Assembly (NCBI RefSeq): GCF_964213995.1
Contig: NC_135828.1
Span: forward strand, 30,628,001 to 30,692,000
Direction: 5' to 3'
Source: Mustelus asterias
Lineage: Eukaryota
Length of the DNA: 64,000 nucleotides
Below, one piece after another: positions 37,001 through 48,000 of this stretch (its first letter is position 1; each line of letters opens with the position of its first letter). A program made the position numbers and the translations under genes. The notes beneath the pieces are model-generated. The model did not search any database and was not told the origin of the DNA. It was given only the letters and a program-made list of their open reading frames with translations.

Positions 37001-37199
37001 TTCCAGCAGTGCAGGCAAAAAACATGCTTCATTGTAGGAATGAATCAATTACTCTTTGCCGATTTAAATTTAAAACGCGTTGAGATGTCCTGGAGTCATA
37101 GGGATAAGCGGAGGAATAGAAATTAACTTCATCAATTGCGGAGCATTGTGGACAGTGCTGATCACGAGTTGGATTGCGTGCCCGTTGGGACGATGATGA

Positions 37200-37238
37200 A
37201 GTTTTTGCGTCGCTCTGCGGGAGTGCTGCGTCATTGTT
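37200..37238 (-). other. Inactivated 23-RSS of V segment 4
   Basis: AACAATG (37238-37232, first C lost), 23 nt, GCAAAAACT (37208-37200). Confidence 0.75.
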
Positions 37239-37885
37239 CCACACGAGCAGCACAGTAAGTTCCAGAGTCTGTTGGCTGGAGGCCGCTCAGCTGCAGAGAG
37301 AAGCAATTGTTTGCAGAGTCCAGTTGTACCGTAAAACGGCTACCGAAAAGAGGATCACAGATGCTGTTTTCATTACAAATTCAGTCAATGACCTTTCCTT
37401 GTTGTCTGCACCAATGCATGGTGTAGCTGCCCATGCAATCTCCCTTCATACTGCAGTCCAGAGTAAAGGATTTTCGCCCTTCAATAGCGATCGTAACTAA
37501 AGACTGGAATACAGTCGGCGCAGCCCTTACCCCTAGAACATGTTTTGAGAAGGACAATCGTTGGAATCGAACACTAAATGCAATAGGATATCGTAAAAAT
37601 ATCTCGCACTCTACCGTATCACTGTAGGACCTTTGATGGAGTTCGCCCCTGGTCTCACTCTTATACTTTAATTTTCTAATGAGATTGGAGGAATGTTTTA
37701 TCGTTGAATAGTTTTCAATGATACAAATATTCAGTTGTGAATTATTGTGTTTGTCTGATTTTCAACACGAGATACGGGAACAGGGAGAGACCAGTATCGG
37801 TGTGCTGCGGTAAAAGTACGTTCAAACCACGATACTTACAGCAATGCCAGAATTCGAGTAACAAGGTGAGTAAAATTGAAAACAT
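37239..37885 (-). pseudogene. Antigen-receptor V pseudogene, VH/V-delta-like motif set (leader 37840-37885, V exon 37239-37532)
   Basis: V exon is absent from the ORF track. Leader MFSILLTLLLEFWHC then gtaagt, 307-bp intron, acceptor ttctag. V exon: VRAAPTVFQSLVTIAIEGRKSFTLDCSMKGDCMGSYTMHWCRQQGKVID*ICNENSICDPLFGSRFTVQLDSANNCFSLQLSGLQPTDSGTYCAARV, with one in-frame TGA and one Tyr codon missing. Confidence 0.88.
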
Positions 37886-39739
37886 TTTAGCTGAGACTGT
37901 CATTGCCCTTCCGAAAACCTTAGCCACAGCGTGACCTGAACGCCAGACAGGGGCAATGACATTTCACGCCTGTTGAAGGGCATGGCAAGGGATGTGACGA
38001 ATTGAACGCAACGAATGGTTAGCAAATCTTGGGCGCCGCAACGGAGGAGATGAACAAACTGAGGAGCGTTTTTCAGTAATTTGCGTTGCGCTTTGCGAAA
38101 TCGTCCAAGTCCTTCTTTCCTATTTATTCACTGCAGATGCTCGTTCATTCTACTCGTTTCGTCCAGATCTTTGAAGGAGATCAGGGTTTAAGGATTCAAT
38201 TAAACAAAGTAAAACATTGGATGAAAATGAGAACAGATAAAGGTGTAGCTTTAAGCAGGGTTTTAAGCGATAAGCGAAATGGGTTAGCATCAGGGGAATA
38301 ATTGTTTCCTTAACTGACTGGCAAACAATGGAAGGATATAATTTAATGTGTGAAAACATTGGCAAAGGTGAGTTTAAAGTGGAGAGCTGAAAATACAGTT
38401 GATGCTTATATGTTAAAAAAACTTGGTCCAAGACGTTGATTCGATAGATAAAATCAAGAGAAAGACAGTACGGTTAGCTTTGCACTGAAGGAGAAGAGGA
38501 GGACAACAGCGGATAAGCAGTCACGACAATAGCCAAGATAAGACTGGAAAAATAGTTCTCCCAAGGGCAAGTATTCTAGGTTCCATGCAGCTATTTGTAA
38601 ACCCCATAGAAATCCTACGTTGAACGAAAGAAAAGCTGCCGAGCCTTGGGCATAACACGTGTGTGGGAACTATTTGCTGGATTTGCCTCACCGAGTTATC
38701 CTACATGGGATGCTGATTTCGGACGAATAACGTACATAGAAGACAACCGGGGATAATTCCAGAAGGTACACTGTTCGTGTTGCCATTATTTCAGTTAAGT
38801 GTTTGTTTCTTTCGTATCGTGACTTTTCTTGGGTTTTTTTTCATTTACATTCATAAACATTGTTTCATTTGAATGCAAAACCTTACCGATCCTCATAGGT
38901 TTGCATTTCTTTCCTCATAATCTGCGAAATCACAAACTACACCATTAAGAAGGTATTCCATGTTTCCCTTCTGGGTTTTGGTATAAACTGACATCCATCA
39001 TCAGTGGAATTCTTTACACTCTCTGTTCACTCCGGTGTGATGTGGTTTTAATGTCAATTATTCAAGCGGAGTTGATTAGAATGCTCTGCAACAATTCCGT
39101 CCTCTGGTGTTTTAGCATATAAACGCTTAAAGCTCACTTGGCAGTAACCTCCAAATTGAGCAGTTCAGGGCAAGCCATCTGAAATACAGTCTGCAGGTTT
39201 ATGCCGCTTTCAATGTTTTCAGACGTGTTTCGTCAAACTGCTTACTTTGTCATGGAGTTTTCTTTCAGCACAGTCTCCCGAATTTCTGGAAACGTGAGAG
39301 CCCATTGGAAAATGCAGCAGCGTTGTTCAGGAAAGGGAAGAGGGAGAATGCTTGGGGAAAACGTCTGTCATTTGCGAGATGGAAGTAGAAGCAAGTCATC
39401 CAGTAAATCAGAACACAATCAGGTTGAGTCATGTTGTTGTAATGTTTTAAGTGTAAAAGTAAAAGTAATTTAACGGGAGAGGGTATTTCGTCCGTTCGCA
39501 ATTCAATAAGATCAGAACAGATCCGAATATGGTACCACCTCATCTTTCCTCTTTGACTTTCAAACCGCTTGTCTCCCTGGCAGATCGATAAACAGCAAAT
39601 TAATTTAATTTTGTTAACAATGAGCATTCTATTATCCTCTCCCTCACCTCCATTAGAAATACAAACATTTTTGCGATTAGCTACTGGAAATTGGGGAAAA
39701 TAGTTGCAGTGATATTTGCAGCCTCTTATATCTTGCCAG

Positions 39740-40900
39740 ATTGATGAAGACTTGTACTCTAATATGTCGAAGGGCTTGGAGCGCAGATACATGGGAACAC
39801 CACCACCTGCACTTAACGTTCAAAGCCATTCACCACCCTTCCGTGGAAACATATTGCTGTTTCTTTGAAGTCGCTAGGCTGGAACTCCATCGTAAGCAGC
39901 ACCTTTGAAGTACCAAATGAAAGGAAAGGGTTTAATGAGTTAGCTCACCATTATTTTCTAAAGGGCAACTCCGCATGAGCAATACACCTGGATTTGCCAG
40001 ATTTGCCCACATGCAGTTAAATAATCACTTAGAATTTAGCTTCCCCTGTGTGGGAATCAAAAGTTCTGGATTCGAATCTCACCCCAGGACACAATCAAAC
40101 AACAAGTTATGTTTGCAATCAGTTAGATTGGGAATGTGCTGGTGGAAAGAATGTAACAATTCTCTGGTCCACTAAGTGGTGAAAAGGATGTTTGAACCTT
40201 TTCCATCACGACCACAGCTCGAGAATATAACATGCATGTCAGCAATACATGCTGGCACAGCTGTAATGCGCCACTGCCACATACAATACTGGCAAGGAAG
40301 CACCACCTCAGGCCGAACTGGCCGATCCTAAAGGACATAGCTGCTAATCTGGGTCTGTGTCAGGTGGAGAGGGAACTAACCAGGTAGAAAAAGATAGTTG
40401 ACCTGATCCTTATCATCCTGCCTTCCGCAACAGCATCTACACATGGCAACATTTGCAGGAGTGACAACCACACAGTCCCTGTGCGGACAAAATTCTTTCC
40501 TCACATTGAAGAATCACTCAATCGTGCTGTGTGATACTAAAAGCGACCTGAATGACAAAAAATTCAAATAGATCTGGTAACTCAAGGTTGGCATCCATGA
40601 GATGCTGTGGACCATTAGCAGCTGCATAGTATGAAACCTCATAGCCTGAAGTACCCCTCAATCTACCATTACCAGCGATTCAGGTGATCAACGTTGCTTT
40701 AATGTAGAGCGCAGCAGGACATTTCAGAAGAAGCACCAGGCATACCTAAAAATGAGGTGTCAACCTGCCGAAGCTGTAATCAAGTGCAGCCTGCGTGTCA
40801 AACAGCAGAGAAAAAAAGTCATAGCAAGATATTAGTGATTCCACAACCAACGGTTCAGACCCAAGATTTTAGTGCTGACACAATCCCTAAAGTAGGAAGG
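39740..40900 (+). mobile_element. Decayed fragments of another LINE family (3' end ~39740-40020; endonuclease region ~40295-40900)
   Basis: Endonuclease-like remnants (gttgacctgatccttatc ~ DLIL, agtgacaaccac ~ SDH). Probably the same family as 14930-15200; recognised by eye only. Confidence 0.5.
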
Positions 40901-43668
40901 TAATTATTTCCTTCTGCAGACGAATGGAGATAATCAAATGACCGAGGGGCAAACGCTTCAATAGTTTTTTGTAGGGCCACACAGACCAATAAAAAGTATT
41001 ACTTTTACCTAAACAGAGTTGGGTTTTTGTTCCATGTCAGAGGAATCCAATAGTTCTCCCCCACCAAAGGAACAAAAAATATGTTTCTCTTTTTTAATGT
41101 GGTCTCGCGAAATAGAGTCAGGATCAAAGAACGTTGCAGTCATTTCATCATTGACACTGGAATTTCAAACTCACGGCGAATGTTTAATGTTTTAATGTCT
41201 ATTTATTCGTGTCACAAGTCGGCTTGCATGAGCCCTGCAATTAAGTTATTGTAAAAATCCCCTAGTCGCCACACTCAGGCGCCTGTTCGCGTACATTGAG
41301 AGATAATTTAGCATGACTAATGCAGCAAGGACATTGTTCTTCCCTGCAATACATGCAGTTTTAGCTTGACATGGAGGGGTTCTGGAGAGTTAATGTGGGC
41401 GGTGGGAGCTTCGAAATCTGTCTCGACTGGAGAAGTCACTTTGATGGACAAAGTTCTAAATTTGTCTCTGTTCGGGATCAGGCGTGAGGAAAACTATTCC
41501 TTTTCGACTGCTGTGCCAGTCCTAATCTTGGTTATTTATCTCCTAAAGTGTCTGGGCATTATACATAGTCGTTCACATCCAGGTGATTAATTATGGTTGA
41601 CTGCTGCGGGCTACCTACAGGGGAATTCCGAATTTCTCCTTGTTCATTGCCAGGTCTTTACATCGTGACTCTCAGCTGCATTTGTCCAATTTCATTCCTC
41701 TCTGCCCGCTGTGGTGACATGCTCAAATCATGGCTCAAATCATGTCCTCTTGTCAGGATGATTTCATGGATATTGAGCTCTCTTGAACCTTATGCTAGCC
41801 CCTTTCAGCAATTCTGGTGCATTCTCCAGCTTGGCTGCGAGACTGCTCTGGTAACTCGTGGTAAGCGCTATGGGTTCCCACTGCAAACGACGGATAATCT
41901 TCTTCAGAACCTGGGAAAGATTTATTAACTCCCATGAAAATGTGCTGCATTAGCAACGGGGTTTCTCTCACATCCACATCTGGAACTAATGCATTAGCAA
42001 CGGGGTTTCTCCCACATCCACATCTGGAAGTGTTAGAGTGATGCAACATGGTGTGTTGTTGCACGTCATTTTATTGCAGGTGCAGCCGTATAAAGATGAC
42101 TCCTGCGAATCCTGGGAGTATGGGGTCCAATTATGTTGGAAATATTCCGTTGGTCAGGTGCATTTTATTTCTCGCAAAGTAGGTTCGACTTTCGTCTTTC
42201 TTAAATTCATTGTTGTTGTTCAAGGCTTTCCTTTCTGCTTGGGAGATGGGTTTTCTTCTGAGATGTCCCATCACTTTTACAACACTTAACGTCTTCGATG
42301 CACCCCAGAACAGTTCTTCCTTCAACTGAATTTTCGGTTCCGGCTACACTACCTTGTGACTCTAGAGCTGAGAGAAGCGTCTCACGCATTTCCTAGCTGC
42401 TTTGTCGCACCTATTTACATTTGGAAAGATTATTTCTACCAACATACTTCCAGAAATAGCTCAACCTTTATCATTACGATTTTAATAATTTGTCTTCCCT
42501 CGAGCTCGTTAACCACGTGGAACAACATATTCTCTATCGCCTTTGCTGCTCTGAGACTTTTATTGTCCCTGTATAATTTTGGGACATCCTGTGTGATGAG
42601 ATTTAAAGAATATTGGCCCTTCTTGGTCCTCTTTGAAATCTACTGGGCGACCTTCATCGTCATTAAATTCTGGTAGGTCTAACGCAGTGCTTATGCGCTC
42701 TATTTCACTCCGTCAGGCCTCAGAGCATTCCCCAACTCTCTGCCTTCCTGCTGAATTCTAATGACTGATGTATTTTCTTTTGCTAGCTAGCATGTTGTTG
42801 CAGTGTTGCTTGAGAGGAGGAAATCGATTCCTGCCGCTGATAGTTCACAGGCAAGGTCGACAGTAACCCGATGGAACCCAAGTGGATTCTTCCCCAATTC
42901 CATTCATATGTTTTCTCTGAAATACAATCGGAGGAGGTGCAACACGTTCCCTTTTACATCCTCCCTGCTCACCACGCAAGAACCTAAATACACCTTTCAC
43001 GTACATCTTCATTAATCTTGTCTATTGCATTCGCTGCTCCCAATGTGATCTACTCTACAACGCACAGACCAAACGCAGACTGGGTGACTCCTTCGCAGTA
43101 CATCTCCAGCCCGTCTGCAAGAATGATGTTTTCATTTGGTTTGATTTATTATTATCACATTTAATGAAAGTATTGTTTCTTGCGCACTATAAAGACAAAG
43201 CATACCTTTGATAGAAAAGGAACGCAGACAGTGCAGATCAACTTAAAGCGAGCTAGGTCCATTCAAAAGTTTGATGGCAGCAAGGAAGGAACTGTTCTTG
43301 AGTCTGTTGGTACGGGTCCTCAGACTTTTGTGTCTTTTTCTCGATGAAAGAATGTGGAAGAAAATATGTCCGGGGTGCGTGGGGTCCTGGATTTTGCTGG
43401 CTGCTTTTTCCGAAGCAGCGGGAAGTGTCAACACTATCAATGGATGGGAGGCTGGTTTGGTGATGGGTAGGGCTTCGTACACCACACCTTGTAGTTCCTT
43501 GCGGTCGTGAACAGAGCAGGGGCCATACCGAGCTGTGATACAACCGGAATAAATGCTTTATATGGTGCATTTGTAAAGGTTGGTGACAGTCATAGCGAAC
43601 ATACAAAATTTCCTTAGCCTTCTGAGCAAGTGGAGACGTTGGCGGGCTTCCTTTTCTACAGTGTCGGC

Positions 43669-43962
43669 AGTTTCGGGAGCTGTTCGGAGGAGGAGGAGCA
43701 GTCTCTGGGTGAGTATAAAAACTCACTTTAACCCGGGGATCGAGGCCTAGTTTCGGGAGCTGTTCGGAGGAGGAGGAGCAGTCTCTGGGTGAGTATAAAA
43801 ACTCACTTTAACCCGGGGATCGAGGCCTAGTTTCGGGAGCTGTTCGGAGGAGGAGGAGCAGTCTCTGGGTGAGTATAAAAACTCACTTTAACCCGGGGAT
43901 CGAGGCCTAGTTTCGGGAGCTGTTCGGAGGAGGAGGAGCAGTCTCTGGGTGAGTATAAAAAC
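43669..43962 (+). repeat. Perfect 80-bp tandem array (3.7 copies) forming the CR1 5' end
   Basis: Unit agtttcgggagctgttcggaggaggaggagcagtctctgggtgagtataaaaactcactttaacccggggatcgaggcct starts at 43669, 43749, 43829 and 43909. Confidence 0.97.
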
Positions 43963-44118
43963 CTAACGGTAACTTCCTGTTTTCCACTTTTTCTTTCTTC
44001 AAAAGTGACGTCAGAGGGAAGCTGTGATCTTGATTGGTTGATAGCAAATCTGCCCCGAATTTAAAAAAAAACACAGCTCAACTCGTAAACTTAAATTAAA
44101 CTAATTAATTAATTAGAG

Positions 44119-45075
44119 ATGGCTGGTCAGGTGATGTGCTTGAGCTGCTTGATGTGGGAGCTGGCAGATCCCATTGCGAGCTACAGCGACCACATCTGCA
44201 GTAAGTGTTGGCTGCTTGAAAAACTCCGGCTCAGAGTTGATGAGCTGGAGTCTGAGCTTCAAACACTGAGGCACATCCGGGAGGGGGAGACTTACCTGGA
44301 CACTGTGTTTCAGGAGGCAGTCACACCTGTCAGAGTAAATAGTTTAAATCCTGCCAGTGGCCAGGGACAGCAGGGTGTGAGTGCAAGTCAGGCAGGTAAA
44401 GGGAACCAGCAGTCAGGAACTCAGGAGCCTCAGCCCTTGACCCTGTCCAACAGGTACGAGGCACTTGCTCCCTGTGTGGATGGCAAACAGGGCTGCAGGA
44501 AGGATGAGTCAGCTGACCAAGGCACCATGGTTCAGCAGGCCATTCAAGGGGAGGAAGTAAATAGGCAAGTTGTAGTTGTAGGGGATTCTATTATCAGGGG
44601 GATAGATAGTATCCTTTGTGAGCAGGATAGAGTGTCCCGCATGGTATGTTGCCTGCCCGGTGCTAGGGTGCGGGACATCTCTGACCGACTTGAAAGGATA
44701 CTGGAGAGGGAGGGGGAGGATGCAGTTGTTGTGGTCCATGTTGGTACCAACAACATAGGCAAGTCTAGGAAAGAGGACCTGTTTAGAGATTATAAAGAGC
44801 TAGGATTCAAATTAAAAAACAGGTCCTCAAGGGTCATAATCTCCGGATTACTGCCCGAGCCACGTGCAAATTGGCATAGGGAGGCAAGAATAAGGGAAGT
44901 TAACACGTGGCTGAAAGAGTGGTGTGGAAAAGAGGGGTTCTTTTTCATGGGACACTGGCATCAGTTTTGGGGCAGGGGGGACCTATACCGTTGGGATGGT
45001 CTCCATCTGGACCGAGCTGGGATCAGTGTTCTGGCGAAGAGAGTAAATGGGGTGGTCAATAGGACTTTAAACTAG
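44119..45075 (+). CDS. CR1 ORF1 protein (zinc finger/leucine zipper + SGNH esterase-like domain)
   Basis: CxxC...CxxC, heptad LRLRVDELESELQTL, GDSIIRG, HVGTNN, DGLHL. Confidence 0.9.
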   Translation: MAGQVMCLSCLMWELADPIASYSDHICSKCWLLEKLRLRVDELESELQTLRHIREGETYLDTVFQEAVTPVRVNSLNPASGQGQQGVSASQAGKGNQQSGTQEPQPLTLSNRYEALAPCVDGKQGCRKDESADQGTMVQQAIQGEEVNRQVVVVGDSIIRGIDSILCEQDRVSRMVCCLPGARVRDISDRLERILEREGEDAVVVVHVGTNNIGKSRKEDLFRDYKELGFKLKNRSSRVIISGLLPEPRANWHREARIREVNTWLKEWCGKEGFFFMGHWHQFWGRGDLYRWDGLHLDRAGISVLAKRVNGVVNRTLN

Positions 45076-48000
45076 AGATTGGGGGGGAAGGGAAAATCAG
45101 GGAACCAAGAGGTGAAGGAATCAGTGGGAAGCGTAGCTGCTTAGGATTACAAAAAATCACGAAAAGACAGCACTCAGGAGAGGTTACGATAGTCCCCATC
45201 TCACAAAATATGACACAGTGTCTGGAAAGGCTCAGTAAACCAAGGTCCACCACACTACGAAAACAAAAAGGGACGGTCAATAGGGAATTAAAGGTGCTAT
45301 ATTTAAATGCCCGCAGTGTCCGGAACAAGGTAGATGAGCTTGTGGCCCAGATTGTGACTGGCAGGTATGATGTGGTAGGCATCACAGAGATGTGGTTGCA
45401 GGGGGTTCAGGACTGGCAGTTAAACATCCAGGGATTCACAACCTATCGAAAAGACAGAGAGGTGGGTAGAGGGGGCGGGGTTGCCTTGTTAATTAGAAAT
45501 TAAATTAAATCAATAGCACTAAACGACATAGGGTCAGACGATGTGGAGTCTGTGTGGGTAGAGCTGAGGAACCACAAAGGCAAAAAAACCATAATGGGAG
45601 TTATGTACAGGCCTCCTGACAGTGGTCAGGACCAGGGGCACAAAATGCACCACGAAATAGAAAGGGCATGTCAGAAAGGCAAGGTCACAGTGATCATGGG
45701 GGATTTCAATATGCAGGTGGACTGGGGAAATAATGTTGCCAGTGGACCCAAAGAAAGGGAATTCATTGAATGTTTACAGGATGGCTTTTTGGAACAGCTT
45801 GTGATGGAACCCACGAGGGAACAGGCTATTCTGGACTTAGTGTTATGTAATGAGCCAGACGTGATAAAAGATCTTAAAGTAAGGGAACACTTAGGAAGCA
45901 GTGATCATAATATGGTAGAATTCAGTCTGCAATTTGAAAGAAGGAACGCAGAATCAGATGTGAAGGTTCTACAGTTAAATAAAGGTAATTACAGGCGCAT
46001 GAGGGAGGAACTGACAAAAATCGACTGGAAGCAGAGCCTAGTGGGAAAGACAGTAGAACAACAATGGCAGGAGTTTCTGGGAGTAATTGAGGACACAGTG
46101 CAGAGGTTCATCCCAAACAAAAGAAAGGTTATCAGAGGGGGGATTAGGCAGCCATGGCTGACAAAGGAAGTCAGGGAATGCATCAAGGCAAAAGAGAGAG
46201 CCTATAATGTGGCAAAGAGTAGTGGGAAGTCAGAAGATTGGGAAGGCTATAAAAACAAACAGAGGATAACAAAGAGAGAAATAAGGAAGGAGAGGATCAA
46301 ATATGAAGGTAGGCTAGCCAGTAACATTAGGAATGATAGTAAAAGTTTCTTTAAATACATTAAAAACAAACGGGAGGCAAAAGTAGACATTGGGCCGCTC
46401 CAAAATGACGCTGGTAATCTAGTGATGGGAGACAAGGAAATAGCTGAGGAACTTAATAAGTACTTTGCGTCAGTCTTCACAGTAGAAGACATGAGTAATA
46501 TCCCAACAATTCAGGAAAGTCAGGGGGCAGAGTTGAATATGGTTGCCATCACAAAGGAGAAAGTGCTAGAGAAACTAAAAGGTCTGAAAATTGGTAAATC
46601 TCCGGGCCCAGATGGGCTACATCCTAGAGTTCTAAAGGAGATAGCTGAAGAAATAGTGGAGGCGTTAGTTATGATCTTTCAAAAGTCACTGGAGTCAGGG
46701 AAAGTCCCAGAGGATTGGAAAATCGCTGTTGTAACCCCACTGTTCAAGAAGGGAACAAGAAAAAAGATGGGAAATTATTAGGCCAATTAGCCTAACCTCA
46801 GTTGTTGGCAAAATTCTAGAATCCATCGTTAAGGATGAGATTTCTAAATTCTTGGAAGTGCAGGGTCGGATTAAGACAAGTCAGCATGGATTTAGTAAGG
46901 GGAGGTCGTGCCTGACAAACCTGTTAGAGTTCTTTGAAGAGATAACAAATAGGTTAGACCAAGGAGAGCCAATGGATGTTATCTATCTTGACTTCCAAAA
47001 GGCCTTTGACAAGGTGCCTCACGGGAGACTGCTGAGTAAAATAAGGGCCCATGGTATTCGAGGCAAGGTACTAACATGGATTGACGATTGGCTGTCAGAC
47101 AGAAGGCAGAGAGTTGGGATAAAAGGTTCTTTCTCAGAATGGCAACCGGTGACAAGTGGTGTCCCGCAGGGTTCAGTGTTGGGGCCACAGCTGTTCTCTT
47201 TATATATTAATGATCTAGATGACGGGACTGGAGCATTCTGGCCAAGTTTGTCGATGATACAAAGATAGGTGGAGGGGCAGGTACTATTGAGGAGGTGGGG
47301 AGGCTGCAGAAAGATTTAGACAGTTTAGGAGAGTGGTCCAAGAAGTGGCTGATGAAATTCAACGTGGGCAAGTGCGAGGTCGTACACTTTGGAAAAAAGA
47401 ATAGCGGCATGGACTATTTTCTAAACGGTGACAAAATTCATAATGCTAAAGTGCAAAGGGACTTGGGAGTCCTAGTCCAGGATTCTCTAAAGGTAAACTT
47501 GCAGGTTGAGTCCGTAATTAAGAAAGCAAATGTAATGTTGTCATTTATCTCAAGAGGCTTGGAATACAAAAGCAGGGATGTACTTCTGAGGCTTTATAAA
47601 GCACTGGTTAGGCCCCATTTGGAGTACTGTGAGCAATTTTGGGCCCCACACCTCAGGAAGGGCATACTGGCACTGGAGCGGGTCCAGCGGAGATTCACAC
47701 GGATGATCCCAGGAATGGTAGGCCTGACATACGATGAACGTCTGAGGATCGTGGGATTATATTCATTGGAGTTTAGGAGGTTGAGGGGAGATCTGATAGA
47801 AACTTACAAGATAATGAACGGCTTAGATAGGATGGACGTAGGGAAGTTGTTTCCATTAACAGGGGAGACTAGGACGCGGGGGCACAGCCTTAGAATAAAA
47901 GGGAGTCACTTTAGAACAGAGATGAGGAGAAATTTCTTCAGCCAGAGAGTGGTGGGTCTGTGGAATTAATTGCCACAGAGGGCTGTGGAGGCCGAGACGT

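Noticed and set aside
40240-40285. Minus-strand 'HYSCAS' resembling a V-beta end
   Set aside because: No heptamer follows and there is no upstream framework; it abuts LINE debris.
43669-43962. CRISPR-like appearance of the regular repeats
   Set aside because: Units are contiguous and identical with no spacers, and the context is a vertebrate LINE.
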